Origin: Pseudodesulfovibrio piezophilus C1TLV30
Lineage (GTDB): Bacteria > Desulfobacterota > Desulfovibrionia > Desulfovibrionales > Desulfovibrionaceae
Assembly (NCBI RefSeq): GCF_000341895.1
Contig: NC_020409.1
Location: 1,260,001-1,292,000 of the forward strand
Direction of reading: 5' to 3'
Length of the DNA stretch: 32,000 nucleotides
Each line of letters starts with the position of its first letter. The stretch's first letter is position 1. The translations under genes and the position numbers were made by a program. Shown here piece by piece: positions 15,641 through 24,500 of this stretch. The notes under the pieces were generated by a model, which was not told where the DNA came from, ran no database searches, and was given only the letters and a program-made list of their open reading frames with translations.

Positions 15641-16314
15641 TGATCGACGCGACTGACGGGACGTCTTCCTACCGATACGAGCGCAAATTCACGATTCCAC
15701 TGCCTGCCGTTCGTAACTTGGCCTCCATATTACGAACCAGCAGATTTGGATTTCGAGAAATATATTCAACTCGGTATGTCAATAATATCTATTATGATAC
15801 ACCATTATTCAAATTTTATGGCGAAAATATGGAAGGTCTTTCAGAACGAAAGAAAATTCGTATCCGCTGGTATGGTGCTTCAGAATTACCGAGTGCATGC
15901 CGATTCGAAATCAAACATAAAAAAGGGCTTGTCGGCTTCAAGGATGTAGTTCCCGCAACATGCGCCTTCAACAGTTCATGCGGGATGCCAAGTCTCATCA
16001 ATGTCACTGTCCCGGACAAGTTCCTTCATGAAACTGTCGGCCTTTTCCCAACTTTGATGAATAGATATCAACGCCGATATTTTCTCTCGATGGATGGAAA
16101 GTTTCGGGCGACCATCGACTACGAACTCTCATACAGCCACCCAAGTACAGCCCACCGAGGCGGAATAGGGTACTTTGACAATGAAGCTGTCTTGGAACTG
16201 AAATACGATCATGAATTTGACATGGATGCAGCACAGGTTTCCAAAGAAATCCCTTTTTCTTTTTCCAAAAAATCGAAATATGTTACAGGGGTCAACATAG
16301 TCTATGGGTGTTAA
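15640..16314 (+). CDS. VTC-domain protein (Vtc4-like polyphosphate polymerase / triphosphate tunnel metalloenzyme fold), cytoplasmic
   Basis: It has YRYERKF near the N-terminus, NNIYYDTP, ERKKIRIRWYG, FEIKHKKG, RRYF..DGKFRATIDYEL and LELKYD, the pattern of alternating charged beta-strands seen in bacterial VTC (PF09359-type) proteins. ATG 15640 overlaps the upstream TGA. Confidence 0.8.
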   Translation: MIDATDGTSSYRYERKFTIPLPAVRNLASILRTSRFGFREIYSTRYVNNIYYDTPLFKFYGENMEGLSERKKIRIRWYGASELPSACRFEIKHKKGLVGFKDVVPATCAFNSSCGMPSLINVTVPDKFLHETVGLFPTLMNRYQRRYFLSMDGKFRATIDYELSYSHPSTAHRGGIGYFDNEAVLELKYDHEFDMDAAQVSKEIPFSFSKKSKYVTGVNIVYGC

Positions 16315-16600
16315 GCTATGCGTGAAAAATAATCCTGGATGTACGATTCAGGTAATTCGAAGCAATATGGACACATGACGACGGCAGCATCAAAGCCGCA
16401 CTTCTGGACATGCTGAGTCAATTCGATGCTCTCCCGGACGTCCATACCTCCAGTCCCAGCAAACAGCGTAAACCGTCCTTTTGCATACTCGGCAACAAAG
16501 GAAAATGTTGTTTTTTTAAAGCTCAAAAAAAATACCCTTGTCAAGCTTCTTCCTTTTCAAAGTGGCGATCCATTTTATGACCACCGCACAAGTATGATTT
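16311..16600 (-). pseudogene. Truncated and decayed dihydrodipicolinate synthase / N-acetylneuraminate lyase family (DapA/NanA) gene remnant
   Basis: The 77-aa ORF (16311-16544) reads ...AKGRFTLFAGTGGMDVRESIELTQHVQKCGFDAAVVMCPYCFELPESYIQDYFSRIA. It aligns by eye with E. coli DapA residues ~70-125 ([23 protein letters not shown]...[21 protein letters not shown]). It stops before the catalytic YNVP/Lys regions. Upstream (16545-16600), a frame-shifted, stop-interrupted CGGHKMDRHFEKEEA resembles the GTTGE..L..EE segment. The stop shares the TTAA at 16311-16314 with the convergent VTC gene stop. Confidence 0.6.
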
Positions 16601-16761
16601 CATAAGTCTGGAAGACTGCTCTCAAAAATTTATCAGAATAATCCTTTAAAATCAAATAAATAACCCAAAACAGTCTCTAATCTGCCCGCTAAAATCATGC
16701 TGATTGCTTTGGACCTGGAACTCACATAAATTTCCGACTGAACACGCTCTGCCAACTCTGC

Positions 16762-17172
16762 ATGACAGAGTCAAAAGACTCATTGCAATGTCACGGTCCT
16801 GAGAAAATAATGATTCATGATATCAAATATATACTACGGCTGGCAGCTTCAGTGCTGTTCGTTTTTCATCTTGTTCAAGCCTCCCCGTGGTATGAATCGA
16901 CTTCTCTCCATCCATTAGGAAAAGTTTCTGGAGAAACCTTTCTCTTGGCTCCCTCTCTCCTTGAACAAGCCTTAAACCCCACCGATTTTACTTCAAAACC
17001 ACACTTTGAATCCACTGATACCGTTTATGAAAAAGCTCTGAACCACGAGCAAACAGCAATCAATTTTGGCGGGACACTGCTCTGTTTTTCTTCCGAAGCC
17101 AACACCCGCTTCACCCAATATTTACGACTGGCCCCGATAACGAGCCGCGCACCTCCATATTCCAAGGTTTAA
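16762..17172 (+). CDS. Hypothetical protein with an N-terminal signal/anchor-like helix (alternative start ATG 16810)
   Basis: The ORF has the hydrophobic segment ILRLAASVLFVFHLVQASPW. I recognise no family and the SD is weak. It lies upstream of a small TM ORF and a strong terminator, which suggests a transcribed unit. Confidence 0.35.
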   Translation: MTESKDSLQCHGPEKIMIHDIKYILRLAASVLFVFHLVQASPWYESTSLHPLGKVSGETFLLAPSLLEQALNPTDFTSKPHFESTDTVYEKALNHEQTAINFGGTLLCFSSEANTRFTQYLRLAPITSRAPPYSKV

Positions 17173-17244
17173 ATAAGAGTTCCTGTTTTTTGCCACAAAC
17201 CCATTTGTGGCGAACCTTATCTCCTTTTGAACAATGGAAGTTGT

Positions 17245-17415
17245 ATGAAAAAGAATACTCCCGTCTTGTCTGATACCGAAGAAGTGCTAACTCAATCTCC
17301 TGAAATTGATTACGAACCCAAACCGCTTTCCCTGCGTAATCAAATCATCTGGACTGTAAAGATAACAGCCATAGCTGCTCTTTTCTTTGCCATCCTTTGG
17401 GTATGCGAGAGCTAA
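17245..17415 (+). CDS. Hypothetical small tail-anchored membrane protein (56 aa)
   Basis: ATG 17245 is preceded by GGAAG. The acidic N-terminal half is followed by a single C-terminal TM helix IIWTVKITAIAALFFAILWV. A terminator lies 40 nt downstream. Confidence 0.35.
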   Translation: MKKNTPVLSDTEEVLTQSPEIDYEPKPLSLRNQIIWTVKITAIAALFFAILWVCES

Positions 17416-17453
17416 CCACCTGACTTAATACCATCTACCAGGCACATTGACAT

Positions 17454-17508
17454 GGCCTGATGTGACCGGGAGCCCCTCTCCCTCATCACATCAGGCCTTT
17501 CATTTTTT
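17454..17508 (+). terminator. Rho-independent terminator (12-bp perfect stem GGCCTGATGTGA/TCACATCAGGCC, 20-nt loop, T-rich tail TTTCATTTTTT)
   Basis: Read directly from the sequence. It overlaps and argues against the minus-strand track ORF 17412-17594. Confidence 0.75.
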
Positions 17509-17617
17509 GCGAGGTCTGGATGAAAATGAATATTGCCAGCCAACACATCATAATTTATTGTTAATGAAGCAAAATGTATTCTGAGAATCTTCACAAGACT
17601 GAAAAGGTTGAACCGGA

Positions 17618-19588
17618 ATGGGTATAGCTACTGATATTATTCTGCTCGTTGTTGTTGCTTTTTTCTGTGGCATGCTTGTTCAGAGATTAGGGCAACCCTT
17701 GATTCTGGGGTATATTCTGGCTGGTATTGTCCTCGGTCCTCATACCGGGGGATACACGGTTTCAGGAATCCATGAAATAGAACTCCTTGCCGAGATAGGC
17801 ATAGCCTTATTGCTCTTTGCTCTCGGTTTGGAATTCTCCCTTAAGGACCTCAAACCGGTGAAGATGGTTGCGCTCCTGGGAACTCCTCTTCAAATGGTTC
17901 TCACGATTGGGCTAGGGTATGGCGCGGGGCAATTAATAGGATTGGACTGGAAAGCCTCTCTCTGGATGGGAGCTCTTGTTTCCCTCTCAAGCACGATGGT
18001 CATTCTCAAGACATTGATGAATCAGGGGTGGTTAGGCACGCTTTCCAGCAAAGTCATGATCGGAATGCTTATTGTTCAAGATCTGGCTGTGGTCCCCATG
18101 ATGATTATCCTTCCACAGTTGAACGACCCTGTAGTGGGGCTACCGAATCTTGGCTTTGCCGCGATCAAAGCCGTGGGATTTCTTCTGGGAATGATCCTTT
18201 TGGGGACGCGGTTGCTTCCATGGCTCCTCGCCCACATCGCCCGAATCGGGTCAAGAGAACTCTTTTTACTGGGTATAGCGGCAATTGGCCTCGGTGTCGG
18301 CTATCTTACCTATCTTGCGGGACTTTCATTTGCCTTTGGCGCATTTGCTGCGGGAATGGTCTTAAGTGAATCTGATTATGGGCATCAGGCACTCAGTGAC
18401 ATCGTTCCCCTGCGGGATATTTTCGGCCTGTTGTTCTTTGCGACAGTTGGGATGCTCTTTGATCCGGCTTTTCTCTTGAATCATTTCAAGGAAGTCCTTT
18501 GGCTTCTCGCTGTCGTCTGTATCGGCAAAGGACTTATTTTTTCATCTGTTTCGCTTCTTTTTCGCTACAAAAATGTCGTCCCCCTTGCGATAGGTCTCGG
18601 GCTTTTTCAGGTTGGTGAATTTTCATTCGTCCTGGCCCGTCTCGGTGTTTCGACCGGCTCCATAGACAATGAACTCTATTCCCTCATACTGACTGTCGCT
18701 ATCATATCCATGGCTTTGACTCCCCTTGTTTCAGGACTCACGGCCAAGATATACGCCCTTCGCAAACACTGGTTTCGCCATGAGAATCTAGAATCGACCA
18801 ATATCCCGGAACAAGGATTACGAAATCATGTTGTTATTCTGGGAGGAGGACGCGTCGGGCTGCAAGTCGCACAAATACTTAATCGCATGGACATGAACCA
18901 TGTTGTTGTCGAATTAGACCAAAGACGCTTTGAAAAAGCGAAAAAATCAGGAATTCCAGCTGTCTATGGTGACGCCGGACAAGAAATTGTCCTTGATGCC
19001 GCTGGTATAAAATCAGCATCACTCCTCGTCGTGACCGTTCCTGATCTCGTGACGACCCGATGCATTGTTCAGAGTGCCAGAAAAAACAACAAAAACCTTG
19101 AAATAATTGCCCGTTCATCCAACCACGATAACTTCCATGAGATGAAAGAATTGGGAGTTTCCGAGGCCGTACTGCCAGAACTGGAAGCAAGCCTGGAGAT
19201 GGCTCGCCAATCCCTGCTGCGACTGAAAGTCTCCCCCATGGAAATCCAGCGCCACACCGACAATGTGCGTCAGGAACTGTATTCTGTCCTCTGTGATTCG
19301 AGTGACGACTATCGGGAACTGTGCCAATTACGAGGAGTCGAACAGCATTTCGATTTACAATGGGTCAAACTTTCAAGCGATAGCCCTCTGGCCAATCGGT
19401 CCATTGGGGAAAGCAACATACGAAAAAAAACAGGAGCTTCCGTTGTTGGGATAGTACGAGATGGCGACCTGAAAACAAATCCCGATGCTGATTATGTTCT
19501 ACTGCCTGGAGATCAAATAGCCATAATCGGTGGAGATGAAGAAAGAAGAGCTTTTTTTCAAAAATCGGAACAGCAACAATACACATAA
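17618..19588 (+). CDS. CPA2-family monovalent cation:proton antiporter with C-terminal RCK (TrkA-N and TrkA-C) domains (KefB/YbaL-like)
   Basis: The N-terminus ...[31 protein letters not shown] is typical of the Na_H_Exchanger domain, with about 12 TM helices. The Rossmann motif is [17 protein letters not shown], and the TrkA-C-like segment is [22 protein letters not shown]...[11 protein letters not shown]. Confidence 0.9.
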   Translation: MGIATDIILLVVVAFFCGMLVQRLGQPLILGYILAGIVLGPHTGGYTVSGIHEIELLAEIGIALLLFALGLEFSLKDLKPVKMVALLGTPLQMVLTIGLGYGAGQLIGLDWKASLWMGALVSLSSTMVILKTLMNQGWLGTLSSKVMIGMLIVQDLAVVPMMIILPQLNDPVVGLPNLGFAAIKAVGFLLGMILLGTRLLPWLLAHIARIGSRELFLLGIAAIGLGVGYLTYLAGLSFAFGAFAAGMVLSESDYGHQALSDIVPLRDIFGLLFFATVGMLFDPAFLLNHFKEVLWLLAVVCIGKGLIFSSVSLLFRYKNVVPLAIGLGLFQVGEFSFVLARLGVSTGSIDNELYSLILTVAIISMALTPLVSGLTAKIYALRKHWFRHENLESTNIPEQGLRNHVVILGGGRVGLQVAQILNRMDMNHVVVELDQRRFEKAKKSGIPAVYGDAGQEIVLDAAGIKSASLLVVTVPDLVTTRCIVQSARKNNKNLEIIARSSNHDNFHEMKELGVSEAVLPELEASLEMARQSLLRLKVSPMEIQRHTDNVRQELYSVLCDSSDDYRELCQLRGVEQHFDLQWVKLSSDSPLANRSIGESNIRKKTGASVVGIVRDGDLKTNPDADYVLLPGDQIAIIGGDEERRAFFQKSEQQQYT

Positions 19589-19819
19589 CCACATAATCAT
19601 CACAAGGTTAAAAACAGATCAAGAATGAGAACTCTGCACCAGGACAAAAGTGCATGGCCATCGTGTACCAGCTGCGTCTTGAACTCAATTCGAGTTTGAA
19701 AGAAAAACACTTCTGTTCTCGTTGAAAACAACGGGCTCAAAGACTATCATGACTCCATGCATGAATTCTCCTGGGCCATATATTTCGAATGAACCGAGAA
19801 GCACTTCACCGAGGGTGTC

Positions 19820-19993
19820 ATGATTATCAACATTGTCGTAGGTATTCTTTCTTTTGTCGTAGGCCTCCTGATTGTCATCATATTTCGTAGAAACAAACAA
19901 TCAAAGAGGACACGACACTCATTGAACCGATTTAATTTCGACAAGCAAAAAGAGTATGAAAAGGATGGCCGAAAATATCCCTTTTCATATTAA
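19820..19993 (+). CDS. Possible small membrane protein (57 aa), below the ORF-track length cutoff
   Basis: Translation is MIINIVVGILSFVVGLLIVIIFRRNKQSKRTRHSLNRFNFDKQKEYEKDGRKYPFSY: one clean N-terminal TM helix followed by a Lys/Arg-rich tail (positive-inside). GAGGG lies 4 nt upstream of the ATG. It sits in a 780-nt otherwise unassigned gap and competes with two featureless antisense track ORFs. Confidence 0.35.
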   Translation: MIINIVVGILSFVVGLLIVIIFRRNKQSKRTRHSLNRFNFDKQKEYEKDGRKYPFSY

Positions 19994-20284
19994 TACCACA
20001 CCTTAGGGAAAGACCTTCAAACCAATATCCAGTAGGAGAATCAAACTCCGGTACTTCCTTTTGGAGTTGTACATCTTAAATGGCAAAAGATCTTTTCCAG
20101 CCACCTCTCAACTGATAACGGCAAAGCTACGTCACAAGGTATCACACGATTTTCCCATGAAATAATTGAACGACCATCCTTCTTTACCAGGCACTCTTTC
20201 CAACTTATTTATTTGGACTATTCCTTTTTCACAACGAGGAAACAATTACTGTCCCTGTATCTCGATACCCAATGGGATGGGCTG

Positions 20285-20302
20285 TTAACCCTCCATTAAC
20301 CC
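20285..20302 (+). promoter_or_regulatory. Tandem direct repeat TTAACCC-N4-TTAACCC (11-bp period) overlapping the -35 position of a candidate promoter of the RND operon; candidate OmpR-family response-regulator box
   Basis: The repeats are at 20285-20291 and 20296-20302. A TATTAT -10-like hexamer at 20318-20323 is 15 nt downstream of the second repeat, and the adaptor ATG is at 20397. An OmpR-type RR/HK pair is encoded right after the pump. Confidence 0.3.
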
Positions 20303-20396
20303 AACACTTTGGTATGGTATTATAAGTAAGCGTGGAAACCGGTCCAATCCGGAGCGACACACGCCAAAAATGAATATCAACGGAGCAGGAGTAACT

Positions 20397-21566
20397 ATGT
20401 CTCAATATATCAAATTTACCTTTGTCGCCATCATGGCTTCATTGTGTGTCCTCACCGGGTGCGTCAATGATGCTGAGGTTCAGGCAGACAGCCACAAGGC
20501 ACAACCACCAGAAGTGGAAGTCACCACAATCACAACCAGTGCATATCAAAATACGACGGAACTCCCTGGGCGTATTGTCGCCAGAAGAGTGGCACAGGTT
20601 CGTGCCCGCGTGGCAGGCATCATCCTGAGCCGTGATTTTGAGGAAGGAAGTGAGGTCAAGCAGGGACAGCCCTTATTCCATATCGATCCTGCCCAGTTTG
20701 TGGCCACACAAGCACAGGCTCAAGCTGAGCTTGCCAAGGCAGAAGCCAACATGGTTGACCTCGAAGCCATTGCGGAACGGTACAACCGATTGATCAAAAC
20801 AAAGTCGATCAGCCAGCAGGAATATGATACGGCCGTCAACAATTACAGAGCAGCCAAGGCAAGCAAGACAGCAGCCGAAGCAGCGGTCAGAACAGCCACA
20901 TTGAATCTGAGCTACGCCACAGTCAAAGCCCCCATCTCGGGTAGAATAGGCCGTGCGCTGGTGACCGAAGGGGCTTTGGTGGGAGAAGGCGAAGCAACTC
21001 ACTTGGCGACAATCCAGCAGTTGAACCCCATCTACGCTGACATTAATCAACCGGTTTCAGAGTATCTCAAGCTCAAGGCCGCAATGAATGATGCTGTCAG
21101 CACTACGAAAAAGGCGGAAGTCACTCTTTCCCTTGAAGATATCGATTATTCAGTCAGTGGAAAGCTGCTGTTCTCGGACATTACGGTTGACCAGGAAACC
21201 AGCCAGGTCTCATTTCGGAGCGAATTTCCCAATCCAGACAGAATGCTGCTTCCAGGTATGTTCGTACGAATCAAGATCAATCTTGGTCAAAATACCCAGA
21301 CCATTTTCATTCCTCAACGCGCAGTCCAACTTGGGTCTGATGGTGCAGCACGAGTCTTGATTGTTGATGAACAGAATACAGCACAACAACGAGTCGTGAA
21401 GACCGGCCTGATGCATGCTGGGAACTGGCAAATCCTGGAAGGCCTTCAGCCTGGCGAACGAATCATCGTCAACGGTGTAGACAAGGTCAAATCCGGCATG
21501 ATCGTCACTCCGAAAAGTCAAGTTCCGTCCTCATCAAATTCAACCAATTCCAATAAAGTTCAATAA
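20397..21566 (+). CDS. RND efflux periplasmic adaptor (membrane fusion) lipoprotein, AcrA/MexA family
   Basis: AGGAG lies 6 nt upstream of ATG 20397. The lipobox is LCVLTGC. The sequence has ELPGRIVARRVAQVRARVAGII, FHIDP, a coiled-coil region, YATVKAPISGRIGR and PGMFVRIKI. Confidence 0.9.
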   Translation: MSQYIKFTFVAIMASLCVLTGCVNDAEVQADSHKAQPPEVEVTTITTSAYQNTTELPGRIVARRVAQVRARVAGIILSRDFEEGSEVKQGQPLFHIDPAQFVATQAQAQAELAKAEANMVDLEAIAERYNRLIKTKSISQQEYDTAVNNYRAAKASKTAAEAAVRTATLNLSYATVKAPISGRIGRALVTEGALVGEGEATHLATIQQLNPIYADINQPVSEYLKLKAAMNDAVSTTKKAEVTLSLEDIDYSVSGKLLFSDITVDQETSQVSFRSEFPNPDRMLLPGMFVRIKINLGQNTQTIFIPQRAVQLGSDGAARVLIVDEQNTAQQRVVKTGLMHAGNWQILEGLQPGERIIVNGVDKVKSGMIVTPKSQVPSSSNSTNSNKVQ

Positions 21567-21589
21567 GATAGGCTAAACGGTATACAATC

Positions 21590-24500
21590 ATGTCACGATT
21601 TTTCATAGAACGACCCAATTTTGCTTGGGTTATCGCAATTTTCATCACCATGGCGGGTATTTTAGCCATTCCAACAATGGCCATGGAAAAATACCCGCAG
21701 GTTGCCCCTCCCCAGATCAGCATTTCGGCGACATATCCCGGAGCTTCGGCAACAACCATGAACGACTCTGTTGTCAGTTTGATTGAAGAGGAACTCAACG
21801 GAGCGAAAGGACTGCTCTATTACGAGTCAACCAGTAGCTCCACAGGATCGGCCAGTATTTCCGTGACCTTCAAGCCGGGTACTGATCCTGATATGGCTCA
21901 AGTGGATGTACAGAATCGTATCAAAAAAGCTGAATCACGCCTGCCGCAAGAAGTCACAGACCAAGGCCTGGAAGTTGAACAGGCCAACTCGGGCTTCTTG
22001 ATGGTTTACACCCTGAAGTACAAGGAAACTGGTGACAATGATGACCCGCAGCGTTTGGCGGATATCATGGCCAGAAATGTTAACAATGAAGTTCGACGTG
22101 TCGATGGTGTCGGCACACTCCAATTCTTTGCTTCAGAAAGCGCTATGCGCGTTTGGGTGGACCCACAAAAACTGCTCAGTTACGACCTGTCAATCACTGA
22201 CGTCAACAATGCCATTGCCGCCCAGAATGTTCAGGTGCCTGCAGGCAGTTTCGGCGGACGTCCCGTTGCATCCGAACAGGAAATCATGGCGACTTTCACC
22301 GTTCAGGGCATGCTTGAAACACCTGAGGAATTCGGCAGAATTCTTCTGCGCGGTAATATAGGTGGTTCCAGTGTCCACTTATCCGACGTGGCACGAATTG
22401 AGATCGGCCCCGAGTCCTATAATATTGTCTCGCGGCTTGACGGCATCCCCACAGCAGCGGCTGCCGTGCAGCTGGCTCCCGGAGCCAATGCTCTGGATAC
22501 TGTTCTTCGCGTCAGAGCCAGATTGGATGAGCTGAGCAAAACACTGCCAGAGGATGTGGAGTTCTCCATTCCGTTCGACTCCTCCAAATTCGTTGACGCG
22601 GCTATCGAGAAGGTTGTTCACACACTGATCGAAGCTGTTGTCCTCGTCTTTCTGGTCATGTTCCTCTTTCTGCAAAATTTCCGATATACCCTCATTCCTT
22701 CCATCGTTGTCCCTGTCTGCGTGCTGGGCACATTTGGAGTCATGTCGGTTTTAGGCTTTTCCATAAACATGATGACCATGTTCGGCATGGTCCTCGCCAT
22801 CGGAATTCTCGTTGATGACGCTATTGTTGTCGTGGAAAATGTCGAACGGATCATGTCAACGGAAGGATTGCCTCCCAAGGAAGCGACCATTAAGGCCATG
22901 GGACAAATTTCAGGAGCGATTATCGGTATCACGCTGGTGCTTTCCGCTGTCTTCTTTCCACTTGCCTTCATGAGTGGGTCTGTTGGTGTCATCTATCGAC
23001 AGTTTGCCATTTCGGTCGCCACATCCATTCTGATCTCCGGCTTCCTCGCACTCACCATGACCCCTGCCCTCTGCGCAACCATTTTAAAACCTGTTTCGAA
23101 AGGACATCATGAAGCGCAAGCCGGCTTTTTTGGCTGGTTCAACCATCTTTTCGATCGGTTGGGAAAACGCTATGAATGGATTACAGGAAAGCTTGTCTCT
23201 CGAACCGCACGCTGCATGGTCATATACGCAGCACTGCTGACGGCTCTCGGTTTTGCCTACCTGAATCTCCCTGAATCCTTTGTTCCGGCAGAAGACCAGG
23301 GAAACATGTACGTCACAGTCCAATTGCCGCCTGGAGCAACCTATTCCCGCACTCTTTCAGTCACTGAAGGCATTGAATCCTATCTCAAGTCCAGGCCGGC
23401 TATCAATTCGTCAATCACAGTCATCGGCTTCAGCTTCTCCGGCCGTGGACAAAATGCCGCGCTTGGTATTCCCAGTTTCAAGGACTGGTCCGAACGCGGG
23501 GAGGGTCAGTCAGCGCAGGATGAAGTCACTATGGCGAACCGTGTCCTGAGCAAAAATACGGATGGAAGTATCTTCGCCGTCAATCCACCGCCAGTTGATG
23601 GACTTGGTGAGACAGGTGGGTTTGCCTTGCGCCTTCAGGACAGAGGAGGAGTTGGTCGCGAAAAACTCTCGGCCGCTTTGGGCATGGTGCTCGCCCAGGC
23701 CAATGCTTCACCAGTCATAGCCTATGCAAGACCGCAGGGATTGCCCGACGCCCCTCAGGTCAAATTGAAAATCGACAGAGAAAAGGCCGAAACCCTCGGT
23801 GTCAGTTTCTCAGACATAAAAACAGTTCTCTCCAGTGCCTATGGTTCCAGCATGGTTGCTGACTATGTTGATACAGGACGTGTACAACGCGTGGTGGTCC
23901 AAGCGAGTGGAGAAAGCAGACAAAGCCCTGAAAGCCTCAACAATCTCTACGTACCGAATGAAACAGGAGAACAGGTTCCCCTGATGTCCCTGATTAACCT
24001 CAAGTGGGAAGTCGGCCCTGTGCAAATCGTCCGGTACAATGGATACAATGCATTCAAGATCATGGGAGATGCCGCACCAGGATACAGCTCAGGTGAGGTC
24101 ATGGCAGAGATGGAAAGGATCATGGAGAACCTTCCCCAAGGGGTAGGCTATGAATGGACCGGGCTTTCCTACCAGGAACAATTCGCAGGAGCACAGGCTC
24201 CAAAATTGTTTTCGCTGGCCCTTGTCGTGGTCTTTCTCTTGCTCGTCGCTCTTTATGAGAACTGGGCAATCCCGATGTCCGTCATGCTCATCGTCCCCAT
24301 CGGGGCATTGGGAGCTGTGGCAGCGGTCACTGTCATGAACATGTCCAATGATGTGTACTTCAAGGTGGGACTGATCACTATCATTGGTTTGGCGGCCAAG
24401 AATGCCATTTTGATTGTCGAAGTCGCTAAACAGTACTACGCAGAAGGATTCTCCCTCCAGGAATCTGCCGTCAAAAGCGCCCGCCTGCGCTTTCGGCCTA

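Noticed and set aside
17191-17210. 8-bp stem hairpin GCCACAAA-ccca-TTTGTGGC between the two orphan ORFs
   Set aside because: The T-run precedes rather than follows the stem on the plus strand, and an A-run follows it on the minus strand. It is not a canonical terminator in either direction.
17412-17594. 60-aa minus-strand track ORF
   Set aside because: It spans the 12-bp-stem terminator hairpin and the antiporter promoter region, and it has no SD or motifs.
19685-19944. Two overlapping minus-strand track ORFs (71 aa and 65 aa)
   Set aside because: They lack SD and protein-like features. The plus-strand 57-aa TM ORF explains the open frames better, though it remains unproven itself.
20085-20096. 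Perfect 12-bp palindrome AAAAGATCTTTT about 300 nt upstream of the RND adaptor gene
   Set aside because: It is low-complexity A/T sequence around a GATC core, far from the likely promoter, and there is no TetR-type or other dimeric regulator gene nearby. It could be chance.
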